Shown here piece by piece: positions 36,550 through 44,907 of a DNA stretch of 45,135 nt. The notes under the pieces were generated by a model. That model saw only the letters and a program-made list of their open reading frames with translations. It was not told the origin of the DNA and searched no databases. Origin of the DNA: a virus (lineage: Duplodnaviria > Caudoviricetes); the IMG/VR virus record IMGVR_UViG_3300017655_000007, positions 1 through 45,135 of that record; one strand, given 5' to 3'. A program made the position numbers and the translations under genes. Positions within the stretch are counted from its first letter, which is position 1; the number at the start of each line of letters is the position of its first letter.

Positions 36550-37569
36550 ATGTCTGCGTATTACAACGAAATCGACCAATACGCTGCGCAGTGGCTCCGC
36601 AATCTGATCGCAGCGGGCCACATTGCGCCAGGTGACGTTGACGAACGATCGATCGAGGATGTTCACCCAGATGACCTCAAGCCCTACACCCAATGCCACT
36701 TCTTCGCCGGTGTCGGCGTTTGGTCCTACGCCCTTCGCCGCGCCGGCTGGTCAGATGATCGACCTGTTTGGACCGGTTCCTGTCCGTGCCAACCTTTCTC
36801 CTCGGCAGGCCAAGGAGATGGGTTTGATGACAAGCGGCACCTCTGGCCGCACTTCCATTGGCTCATCAGCGAGCGCCAGCCTGCAGTCGTCTTTGGAGAG
36901 CAGGTTGCAAGCAAGGACGCAGAGCCTTGGCTCGACCTTGTACAAGCTGACATGGAAGCCATGGTTTATGCCTTCGGGGCTATCGCGTTCCCGTCTGCGG
37001 GCGTCGGTTCTCCGCACATCCGAGACCGCACGTACTGGGTGGCCAACGCCAACAGCCGCGCTGGCAGACAAGGGCGTACGCACATTCGAGGGCGGATTGC
37101 TCGAGGCAATGCGGAATCACGGTCCGGACTTGGCAGCAGCAGCATGCTTGTCGGGCTGGACCACGCCAACGACCCGCGACTGGAAGGATACGCCGGGCAT
37201 GGTGGCCCAGCGGGACGGCAAGGATCGCAACGATCAGCTGCCGAGACAGGCCTATCTGGCCGGGTGGCCAACTTGCACGGCGACCGATGCCATCAAGCAG
37301 GGAAACGTGGCGCCGCGCCCGGGGATGATGGGGCTTTCGGAGACTGCAGCCCTACTACGCGAATCGCCACAACCGGCCCGGTTAACGGCCTGTGGGCAAA
37401 TGCTGATTGGCTCTTCTGCCGGGATGGAAAGTGGCGGCCAGTTGAACCCGGCACATTCCCGCTGGCTCATGGGACTACCTCAAGAGTGGGACGCCTGCGC
37501 GCCTACGGAAACGCCATCAATGCTGAAGCGGCGGCGCAATTCATAGCCGCCTATCTCGAATCCTTTTGA
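36550..37569 (+). CDS. C5 cytosine DNA methyltransferase, catalytic (alpha) chain
   Basis: FFAGVG (motif I), CPCQPFS (IV), EQV (VI), HIRDR (VIII), LRAYGNAI (X). Confidence 0.92.
   Translation: MSAYYNEIDQYAAQWLRNLIAAGHIAPGDVDERSIEDVHPDDLKPYTQCHFFAGVGVWSYALRRAGWSDDRPVWTGSCPCQPFSSAGQGDGFDDKRHLWPHFHWLISERQPAVVFGEQVASKDAEPWLDLVQADMEAMVYAFGAIAFPSAGVGSPHIRDRTYWVANANSRAGRQGRTHIRGRIARGNAESRSGLGSSSMLVGLDHANDPRLEGYAGHGGPAGRQGSQRSAAETGLSGRVANLHGDRCHQAGKRGAAPGDDGAFGDCSPTTRIATTGPVNGLWANADWLFCRDGKWRPVEPGTFPLAHGTTSRVGRLRAYGNAINAEAAAQFIAAYLESF
36755..37546 (+). CDS. Nested +1-frame methyltransferase partner (beta chain: TRD-like repeats plus motif IX); start uncertain
   Basis: Frame open 36623-37546; three GW[PT]T repeats; [16 protein letters not shown] resembles motif IX, which the alpha chain lacks. 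Confidence 0.75.
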   Translation: MIDLFGPVPVRANLSPRQAKEMGLMTSGTSGRTSIGSSASASLQSSLESRLQARTQSLGSTLYKLTWKPWFMPSGLSRSRLRASVLRTSETARTGWPTPTAALADKGVRTFEGGLLEAMRNHGPDLAAAACLSGWTTPTTRDWKDTPGMVAQRDGKDRNDQLPRQAYLAGWPTCTATDAIKQGNVAPRPGMMGLSETAALLRESPQPARLTACGQMLIGSSAGMESGGQLNPAHSRWLMGLPQEWDACAPTETPSMLKRRRNS

Positions 37570-37592
37570 AGTCACCCCGGCGAGGTATCCCC

Positions 37593-38222
37593 ATGCCCAC
37601 AGAAAACCGATCCAGCAATACAGAGATGGTCAGCGATATGCTGCCATGTCCGTTCTGCGGCCAGCAGGACTTCCTCATCGAGCGCATAGACAGCGACGCT
37701 TCAGTGGTGATCTGCCAAGGTCTGACCGGGCCGCATGAGGCCTGCCTGGCCCGTGGTCCAGTGGGCGTGGCGCAAAATGAAGGTGAGGAGCAACCAGGCC
37801 GCGACAAGGCGGTCGAGTTGTGGAATGCGAGAGCCAAGCAGCACCACGGCGAGCCGGTCGCGTGGCGCTATCGACATGCCAAGCCCGGCATGTCGTGGTT
37901 CTTTACCGAGAAGCCAGAGGCTAGCGGCTGCCTAGTGGATGGTTTCGAGTACGAGGTATTCCCGCTCTACACCCACGCCGATCCTGGCGAGGTTGAGCGA
38001 CTGCGCCTGGAGCGCCGGCGAATGGATCAGGCGTTGTCAGCGTGCGCGAACGAGCGCGACACCCTGCGCGCCCTGCTGGTCGAAGCGCTAGCCTTCCTTG
38101 ATGAAGCCTACAAGCATGACATCGGAACGCAGCTTAAGCGCGAGATCAAGGCCTTTTACCTATCCGCCAGCGCAGAGCCGAGCGCGCCGGTTGATTTGAA
38201 ACCATCGAGGCTTACCGGATGA
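37593..38222 (+). CDS. Lar-family restriction alleviation domain protein
   Basis: LPCPFCG..C..C.ARGP...AVELWNAR. Confidence 0.82.
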   Translation: MPTENRSSNTEMVSDMLPCPFCGQQDFLIERIDSDASVVICQGLTGPHEACLARGPVGVAQNEGEEQPGRDKAVELWNARAKQHHGEPVAWRYRHAKPGMSWFFTEKPEASGCLVDGFEYEVFPLYTHADPGEVERLRLERRRMDQALSACANERDTLRALLVEALAFLDEAYKHDIGTQLKREIKAFYLSASAEPSAPVDLKPSRLTG

Positions 38223-38944
38223 TTCATTACCACGGCACGCCCATAGGCGGCAGTCGCCAGGATGCAGCACGGTTTCTGGCCGGTCGCCATGCACTAGTGC
38301 CATTCCCACGCCAGGACGACATGGGTATTGTCGCCGAGGCCTGCCAGTCCTTCGTTTTCGATAACGGCGCGTTCACCGTCTGGAAGAAAGGCGGCCAAGT
38401 AGATGTCGAAGGGTACACCCGCTGGGTGGGTGACTGGCACCGGCACCCCGGATTCGACTGGGCCCTGATCCCTGACGTGATCGACGGGGACGAAGACGCC
38501 AACGATCGGCTGCTCGAGCAATGGCCTGGCCATCTGCCCGGTGTGCCGGTCTGGCACATGCATGAGTCGATCGAGCGCCTGCAGCGCCTGGCCAAGTCCT
38601 GGCGCACGGTTGCCCTAGGCAGTTCAGGCCAGTGGCGCTCGCCGGGCACCGCAGCATGGTGGAAGCGCATGGGCGCCGCAATGGACGCAGTATGTGATGA
38701 CCAAGGCCGGCCAATATGCCGCCTGCACGGCCTGCGGATGCTTGACCCGGCGATCTTCCAGAGTCTGCCGCTCACATCGGCTGACAGCACGAACGCTGCA
38801 GTGAACGGCGGCAGCATCAGCCGCTTCGGCATGTACACCCCGCCTTCCGCCGGCCAGCGGGCCAGCGTGATCGCTGATCGTATCGAAGCACACACCAGTT
38901 CACCGATCTGGCAGCGCGAGCCACAGACCGAACTCGCGCTGTAG
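38219..38944 (+). CDS. TGT/DpdA-like transglycosylase-fold protein
   Basis: FDNGAF, PDVI, PVWH, LHGL and SADST parallel the TGT-family DSGxF...xDS motifs. Confidence 0.7.
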   Translation: MIHYHGTPIGGSRQDAARFLAGRHALVPFPRQDDMGIVAEACQSFVFDNGAFTVWKKGGQVDVEGYTRWVGDWHRHPGFDWALIPDVIDGDEDANDRLLEQWPGHLPGVPVWHMHESIERLQRLAKSWRTVALGSSGQWRSPGTAAWWKRMGAAMDAVCDDQGRPICRLHGLRMLDPAIFQSLPLTSADSTNAAVNGGSISRFGMYTPPSAGQRASVIADRIEAHTSSPIWQREPQTELAL

Positions 38945-39020
38945 AGAACATTTGTACTCCATCCAACTGTAACTCCTCCCCCTCTATTCACTGCCGCGAT
39001 ATGGCGGCCAAGGAATCCCC

Positions 39021-39404
39021 ATGTCTGAATCACGCCTGCTGACCGGCGAGACCTGGTCTGTCGACGACGAAACGTTCCGCTGTGAGAGCCTGGGCGATTT
39101 GCTCGATGACCACGAAGAACTCGTGGCCGGCTCCACCGTCTACCGCGGCAACGCTGTGCGCCCAGACCCTGCGGCCTACATCGACACCAAGCACATCATC
39201 GAGATGATCGGAGAGCGTGCCTGGGATGACTGCGGTGAGGCCGCGGAGGACTGGCCGGCCGTGCCATCGCTGGCCGAGCACGAGCTGCAAACCCTGCTCA
39301 AGGCCTGGGCGGCCAAGCACCTGAGCCCTACCCCGTTCTACCGCGTGGAAAACGTCGTGGAGTACACGATAACCGAAGCGGACATTGAGGGCCGTCGCGC
39401 ATGA
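39021..39404 (+). CDS. Hypothetical acidic protein
   Basis: RBS AAGGA; coupled to the next ORF. Confidence 0.78.
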   Translation: MSESRLLTGETWSVDDETFRCESLGDLLDDHEELVAGSTVYRGNAVRPDPAAYIDTKHIIEMIGERAWDDCGEAAEDWPAVPSLAEHELQTLLKAWAAKHLSPTPFYRVENVVEYTITEADIEGRRA

Positions 39405-39670
39405 CCCGCCTCGCCCTCTGCCTCCTGCTGCTGGCCACCGGCGCCAGCGCAGACCCACGCGAAACACGAGGCATGCCCTACGTGTTCCAGGTGTTTCACG
39501 ACGACCAGCGTGCAGTGACGTGCTGGTCCTACTCGGGCGGCCTGAGCTGCATCCCCGACAGCCAGCTGCAGGCCGGCAACCAGCGCCAGCTCTCCCCGCA
39601 CGAAACACAACCCGAACCTACACCCGCATTGGCGCCTGGGCGCTGGATTGATGAGAGGTATCAGCTGTGA
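39401..39670 (+). CDS. Small exported protein
   Basis: Signal peptide ending ASA; CW...LSCIP. Confidence 0.72.
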   Translation: MTRLALCLLLLATGASADPRETRGMPYVFQVFHDDQRAVTCWSYSGGLSCIPDSQLQAGNQRQLSPHETQPEPTPALAPGRWIDERYQL

Positions 39671-39948
39671 AGATTGGAAAGCTGTTCCTTGGACTGAACT
39701 GGTGCTACGGCGGCAAAGATGAGGCCGTTGTCGCCAGCTGGGCGCTGAAATGTGGCTACTGGCGCTGGGCGGTCTGGTGGCGAAAGCCAAAGAAGGCGCT
39801 GTGCCTTCCGGCCTTCGGACCATCCATGGCTGCAGGCACCCGGTACTTCGTTGGCCATGGCCACTTCGGTGCTTGGGCACGACTTCCGCTGATCGGCTCG
39901 CTGTCCATCTCAACCCAGCCGCCCTATCCGATGCAGGTGAAGCCATGA
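39667..39948 (+). CDS. Trp-rich hypothetical protein
   Basis: GTGA/ATGA coupling on both sides. Confidence 0.65.
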   Translation: MKIGKLFLGLNWCYGGKDEAVVASWALKCGYWRWAVWWRKPKKALCLPAFGPSMAAGTRYFVGHGHFGAWARLPLIGSLSISTQPPYPMQVKP

Positions 39949-40340
39949 CCGATCTGATCGAAGTGAGGGTATCCAACCTGGTCGGCGCTCCGCTGGACTG
40001 GGCCGTCGCAAGGGCCGAGGGTTTCGAAGGAGATCCTGTATGCCGAACAACGGTATGGCGTACCCCAACTGACCCCATCAGCATCAGCATCCGCGGCGCA
40101 ACCGAAGGTTTCGGCTATCGCCCATCGTCTCACTGGGACCACGGAGGCCGGCTGATCGACAAGCACAAAGGCACCGCTCAACACATACCCGGCCTTCCCG
40201 AAGACACCTGCTATGCAGGCGGCCCCGCCGGCGCAGGAGTTTGGTGCTACGGCCCCACTGCCCTGGTTGCGTTCTGCCGGGGCCTGGTCCACTACAAGCT
40301 CGGCGATACCATTCAAGTGCCGAAGGAGCTGATACCGTGA
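39945..40340 (+). CDS. NinX/DUF2591-like protein
   Basis: GAPLDWAVARAEG..YRPSSHW..GG.LI..GPTALVA. Confidence 0.8.
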   Translation: MTDLIEVRVSNLVGAPLDWAVARAEGFEGDPVCRTTVWRTPTDPISISIRGATEGFGYRPSSHWDHGGRLIDKHKGTAQHIPGLPEDTCYAGGPAGAGVWCYGPTALVAFCRGLVHYKLGDTIQVPKELIP

Positions 40341-40702
40341 ATCGAGAAGCATTGAAAGCGCTGGCTGAGCGGGTGATGAACGACCGACGGTTCTGCTGCG
40401 ACGAACAACACAGGTACTTGGCCGAAGGTGCCCTTGAGCTTTTCGCCGAGAACGAAGCGCTGCGCAAGGACGCCGAGCGCAACAAGCGCATGCTGTTGGA
40501 TGCCTGTGTCTCCATCGGCAGCATTGGCGAAGCGCTCGGCTTGGATATGGACGCCGACGCCGACATGATGATCGGCACTGCCCGCGACCTGATCGATGGC
40601 CTCAACCGCATCATCAAGGAATGCCCGCTGGGTAGCCCCGGCTTTGCCATCGCCACCGAGGTGCTTGGAGAACTTGGTGTGCAGCAGGAGGCCCAGGCAT
40701 GA
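40337..40702 (+). CDS. Ead/Ea22-like hypothetical protein
   Basis: LKALAE start, ENEALRKDAER; RBS AAGGAG. Confidence 0.7.
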   Translation: MNREALKALAERVMNDRRFCCDEQHRYLAEGALELFAENEALRKDAERNKRMLLDACVSIGSIGEALGLDMDADADMMIGTARDLIDGLNRIIKECPLGSPGFAIATEVLGELGVQQEAQA

Positions 40703-40749
40703 TCGCCCTCGCCTACATGGCCTACCTCATCTACCGGGGGCCGCGATGA
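40699..40749 (+). CDS. 16-aa hydrophobic microprotein MIALAYMAYLIYRGPR
   Basis: AGGAGG RBS; ATGA overlaps at both ends. Confidence 0.55.
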   Translation: MIALAYMAYLIYRGPR

Positions 40750-40979
40750 GCCGGTTCGTTGCCGTCGTGCACGGCTGGCACGTAGAGAGCAAAGGCTTCG
40801 ATGTCCATGAGCTGGCCGCCAGAACAGCCCAAGGCGCCGATGACGAAGCATGTCTACTCGCAGCACGCCGTGACGCTACGTTTGACCGCACAGCCTATGT
40901 GGTGGTCGAGATCGATGACCGCGAGCATCTGCCCCGGCGCCTGACCTGGCGAGAACGGCTCACCGGCCGAATCAAGTAA
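40746..40979 (+). CDS. Hypothetical protein, 77 aa
   Basis: Coupled start; RLTWRERLTG C-terminus. Confidence 0.7.
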   Translation: MSRFVAVVHGWHVESKGFDVHELAARTAQGADDEACLLAARRDATFDRTAYVVVEIDDREHLPRRLTWRERLTGRIK

Positions 40980-41031
40980 CACCACCCCCTACTACTCAAG
41001 CCCGCCGACATGAGCGGGCATGGAGAGACTC

Positions 41032-41349
41032 ATGCTCAATTTCTTAGCTCGCATGTTCAAGCGAAAGAAGAAGCCCGAGCCGCGCCCGGTTATGGCACCG
41101 ACAGGGTTCGCACGCGGACACAGCCCGGCAGCCGGCAGGCAAGATCCGATGCTTGATCCGCTCAACCCGTTGAGCCCCGTCAGCCCGCTGCATCCAGCCT
41201 ACCAGGCCGACAACTACGAACCATCGCGCAGTACCAGCAGCTCCTGCTCCAGCCGTGACTACAGCAGATACGACAGCGGCGGCGGTTACTCGTCGAGCGA
41301 CAGCAGTAGTTCAAGCGATAGCAGCTCCAGTTCAAGCAGCTGCGACTAA
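41032..41349 (+). CDS. Hypothetical protein with Ser-rich disordered tail
   Basis: RBS GGAG; DPLNPLSP repeats; poly-Ser C-terminus. Confidence 0.7.
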   Translation: MLNFLARMFKRKKKPEPRPVMAPTGFARGHSPAAGRQDPMLDPLNPLSPVSPLHPAYQADNYEPSRSTSSSCSSRDYSRYDSGGGYSSSDSSSSSDSSSSSSSCD

Positions 41350-41387
41350 CCCAGAACCTGCCGCCACCGGCGGCGTGGAGACCAACC

Positions 41388-41582
41388 ATGTTCATGACAC
41401 CGGATGAAGTAGCCGACATGACAGGCTACCTCCGCCCAAAGGACCAGGTCCGCTGGCTGCAGGGCGAGAAGTTTGGATATGTAATGGGCGCCGATGGGAA
41501 ACCGAAGGTGCTGAGGCAAGTCGTGATCGCCCGTCTGGGCGGCAAGGCTGAGAAGAAAGGGCCGGAACTCCGGCTTGGATAG
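41388..41582 (+). CDS. DUF4224-type excisionase candidate
   Basis: MTPDEVADMTGY..Q..WL...DGKPKV; immediately upstream of int. Confidence 0.8.
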   Translation: MFMTPDEVADMTGYLRPKDQVRWLQGEKFGYVMGADGKPKVLRQVVIARLGGKAEKKGPELRLG

Positions 41583-41594
41583 AAGGGACGACCG

Positions 41595-42566
41595 ATGCGG
41601 CCGCGAAAGAAGGATAGGCACCTACCCCCGTGCATGTACATGAAGCACGGGGCGTACTACCTGGTCAGGAAGGGAAAGTGGGAGCGCCTCGACAAGGACT
41701 ACCAAGGCGCCCTGCTGGCCTACGCCAAAATCATGGGCGGCAAAAGCCAAGGCGCGATGCCAAAGCTGATTGATGACGCCCTGGACGCCATGCGTAAGCG
41801 CCTGGCCGAGAACACTATCAAGCAGTACGAGGCCTCCGCCGAGAAGCTGAAGAAGTATTTGGCCGAGTTCGAGCCTCGCCAGGTGCTGCCGAGGCATGTG
41901 GCAGCGCTCAAGCTGCACATGTCTGACACGCCGAACATGGCAAACCGGGTTATCTCCTTCCTGCGAATGGTGTTCAACTATGCCTTGGAGCAACAGATAG
42001 TCGATTCCAACCCATGCACAGGGGTCAAGCGGCACACCGAGAAGAAGCGAGACCGGTACATAACCGACGAGGAGTTTTCAGCGATTTGCGATGCGGCATC
42101 CCCGTACATACGTTCGATCCTCGAAATGTGCTACCTCACAGGCCAGCGAATCGGCGATGTACTGGCAATAAAGCTATCGGACATCAGCGACAAGGGCATC
42201 GCCTTCGACCAGCAGAAGACTGGGGCTAAGCTCATTGTGGGCATGACCGCTGACCTGGAGCAGCTGATTGCGAGGGCCAAGGCGATCCCGAGGAAAGTTA
42301 GGGGGCTCACCTTGTTCTGCACCCGCAGCGGCGGCAAGCCGGTTTCTTACGAGACGGTGAAGGATGCTTTTAGGAAAGCCTGTGATAACGCTAAGGTCTC
42401 TGGCGCAACCATCCATGATCTAAGGGCAAAATCGCTTACAGATACCGACAAGCAAGGAAATGACGCTCAGAAGCTAGGCGGGCACACGGATGCCAAGATG
42501 ACGAGACGCTATCTGAGACTGCGCGAGGTTAACGTAGCGCAACCCCCAACCCTGCCAAAATCATAA
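41595..42566 (+). CDS. int: Prophage integrase (tyrosine recombinase)
   Basis: TGQRIGD, QQKTG, HDLRAK, LGGH, RRY. Confidence 0.95.
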   Translation: MRPRKKDRHLPPCMYMKHGAYYLVRKGKWERLDKDYQGALLAYAKIMGGKSQGAMPKLIDDALDAMRKRLAENTIKQYEASAEKLKKYLAEFEPRQVLPRHVAALKLHMSDTPNMANRVISFLRMVFNYALEQQIVDSNPCTGVKRHTEKKRDRYITDEEFSAICDAASPYIRSILEMCYLTGQRIGDVLAIKLSDISDKGIAFDQQKTGAKLIVGMTADLEQLIARAKAIPRKVRGLTLFCTRSGGKPVSYETVKDAFRKACDNAKVSGATIHDLRAKSLTDTDKQGNDAQKLGGHTDAKMTRRYLRLREVNVAQPPTLPKS

Positions 42567-42678
42567 ACCCAAAACAAAACCTTCTCATCCAACATCCCCC
42601 GTCCGACCGCAATACTCTGGACGGGGAGCATCAACCCCAAATGAGGCCTTGCAATCAACTGAACGCAGTATCATAAGT

Positions 42679-43344
42679 TTAGGCGGAGAGCCGGACCATT
42701 TCAGCAACAACCTCTAACCCGGCTGGAGCGACAGTCGAATACGGTAACTGCTCATTGGTAAAATAGTGAGCAGCGCCTAATGCATGCTCAGGTCTAAAGC
42801 GGGGATATTTGCCAACTTTTTCCACTTGCGCAACAAATTGCTCAGGTCTGAGCTGAGCGACTCTAATGATACCATCCTGCCATTCCGAATCTTTACTAGT
42901 AATTGGCCAGGTCTTGCGATCAACCATATCCAGTCCATAGCGTTTAAAAGACTCCAAAACGAAAGTAGCGCATGTAAAGCCATCGCCAGCATCAAGGGGA
43001 ATCAACGCGTTCTTTTCGTCAAAATATTGTTTATCATCCCAACCTATCGAGTAGGGAATATTCCCGGAGGTAAGTTCGTGAATTATACTTAAAAAGCCAA
43101 TAATCGACGATTCAGTTTCGGGTTGCAACACTGGAACCAAAAGATACCTATAGCTCGGAGAAAACTTGCTTTTCAGATAGCGATTATTGCCACCCAGATG
43201 AAAAATCCAATACTCACCCAGCAAGTTTCTAACCACAAACCCCGTATGCCTCTGGCCATTCTCCGACGTATCACCACAGATAACCAAAGCTAAATTTACG
43301 TCATCTGGCAGTTCAGCATCATGCTTTTTTAATTCAATTTTCAT
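42679..43344 (-). CDS. Cassette gene 3: permuted papain-like (NlpC/P60, LRAT/YiiX-type) enzyme; alternative GTG start at 43374
   Basis: His before Cys: QRHTG..IFHLG..IPYSI..FTCATFV. Confidence 0.7.
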   Translation of the reverse strand: MKIELKKHDAELPDDVNLALVICGDTSENGQRHTGFVVRNLLGEYWIFHLGGNNRYLKSKFSPSYRYLLVPVLQPETESSIIGFLSIIHELTSGNIPYSIGWDDKQYFDEKNALIPLDAGDGFTCATFVLESFKRYGLDMVDRKTWPITSKDSEWQDGIIRVAQLRPEQFVAQVEKVGKYPRFRPEHALGAAHYFTNEQLPYSTVAPAGLEVVAEMVRLSA

Positions 43345-43374
43345 GCGTTTCCCTAACACTGCGCCGATAGACAC

Positions 43375-43935
43375 TTACTGATCAAGCCCGGCTAAAAGTT
43401 TCGGAGCCCGCTCGTTATCTTTGAGCTCTTCCTTTACAGCTTGATAAAACACTGTCCAACCAGGGAGAAGATGACGAGCAGAGAAAGAAGATCTCAGCAG
43501 AGAAACCATCGACCAAGCTGTCAAGCGCGCAGGTTTAGCGGTCAACAGAAGAGAGTTAATCACTTCAAGATTCATCAATGAAAAGTTTTTCTCGACAAAA
43601 TACACCGCATACACCGAGGCAAGTCTACCTCGCTCATGCTTTTCCCAATGATAAATCATGTCTCTCGCAGACTCAAAATCAGCGATCGTGTCCTCAATAT
43701 TTTCACGCATCGAGTGAAAAGTACTATTACTACCTACGCGAACCTTACGACTCTGAGCATGAGTATGAGTTTCCATCCGAACGCTCAGGTTGGAGAAATA
43801 ATCCGCCTCACCCCAACCGGAAAATAGAACCTGCTGCTTCGTACAAAAACTTTTTGATAAAGGACTAAAAAAGTCACCGGTACTGGCTGCACTGGTCGAC
43901 AAGAAAACTTCCGAATAATCACTGAATTTTTTCAT
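43375..43935 (-). CDS. Cassette gene 2: hypothetical, S/T/F-rich N-terminus plus helical C-terminal domain
   Basis: 186-aa AT-rich ORF overlapping gene 1 by 17 nt. Confidence 0.8.
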   Translation of the reverse strand: MKKFSDYSEVFLSTSAASTGDFFSPLSKSFCTKQQVLFSGWGEADYFSNLSVRMETHTHAQSRKVRVGSNSTFHSMRENIEDTIADFESARDMIYHWEKHERGRLASVYAVYFVEKNFSLMNLEVINSLLLTAKPARLTAWSMVSLLRSSFSARHLLPGWTVFYQAVKEELKDNERAPKLLAGLDQ

Positions 43936-44668
43936 TCACTAATCCATACTGAAGTATGCCCATGAAGGCATCAGCCATTTCAACAGTGAGCGGATGCAAA
44001 CTCTCGGAAGGAATGTGCTCAAAATTATCCACAGCGGAACTCATATCCAGCTCGTTTCGCAGAACCGTATCTACGACTGTAGTCGGGAAGCCTGCTGGAC
44101 CAATCGTAATCATTTGACGATCTAGAACAGCCATCTTTGATATTCTGTTATGTCTCAGACCATCGACTGACTTAAACATAACGGGTGAATTAGCCTGCAA
44201 CAGAAGATCAGCTATCGCGTCTGGATCTCCGATATTCAAGATCTGAAAGTACTCACCAAGCAGAGCATTCCCAGCGCTTCCGCTTTCAGTTTTCTTTAAC
44301 AGCACAGCACCCGCTGCTATGCGAGTGACTGGAAATTCAACATTATCAAGCCACGACTTTAATAGCTGAAGCCACTTATTAACAAGTACTGAAAAATCCC
44401 CAGGCGCAGGAGCCCCTGGCATATCAGAGAACGGGTACGAAAGAATCCAATCAACACGATTGAATACAACTCGCATATCAAACTGACCGCCCAGAAACTC
44501 ACCTGACTCCGAGTACTCGCCAGCGCTTTGACGATTCAGTATCGATTCTGGATCAACCTGAACTACAGATTTCCACCAACCTCGCCCGGATGCGTTAACC
44601 GCCTCGGTGCTGAAAAGCGTAAGCCTCAGCGTTTCAACATGCCATTCCTTGATTTCGGGCAAACTCAT
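43919..44668 (-). CDS. Cassette gene 1: hypothetical alpha/beta protein, possibly TIGR04255-like
   Basis: 249-aa AT-rich ORF with RBS GGAG; VTRIAAG and ELD motifs recalled from that family, unverified. Confidence 0.75.
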   Translation of the reverse strand: MSLPEIKEWHVETLRLTLFSTEAVNASGRGWWKSVVQVDPESILNRQSAGEYSESGEFLGGQFDMRVVFNRVDWILSYPFSDMPGAPAPGDFSVLVNKWLQLLKSWLDNVEFPVTRIAAGAVLLKKTESGSAGNALLGEYFQILNIGDPDAIADLLLQANSPVMFKSVDGLRHNRISKMAVLDRQMITIGPAGFPTTVVDTVLRNELDMSSAVDNFEHIPSESLHPLTVEMADAFMGILQYGLVNEKIQ

Positions 44669-44907
44669 AATGAAGCTCCGTTACTGATACTGTACATCCA
44701 AACACCCTTTCCTCGACAACCGGTCATCGAAGGTGAGCAGGAACAAATGCTGTAAATATAAGCCCCCTTTGTCCCTTCTGTCACTTTGTCGTCGGCATTG
44801 GTCCATGAGATTTCGCACAGAAATCGGTCGGATCCACGGTAGCGTCCAGCGGACAAATATTAGACAATTGGGGTTTGTCTAGCAGACACCTAGCTGTAAG
44901 GCCTTGA

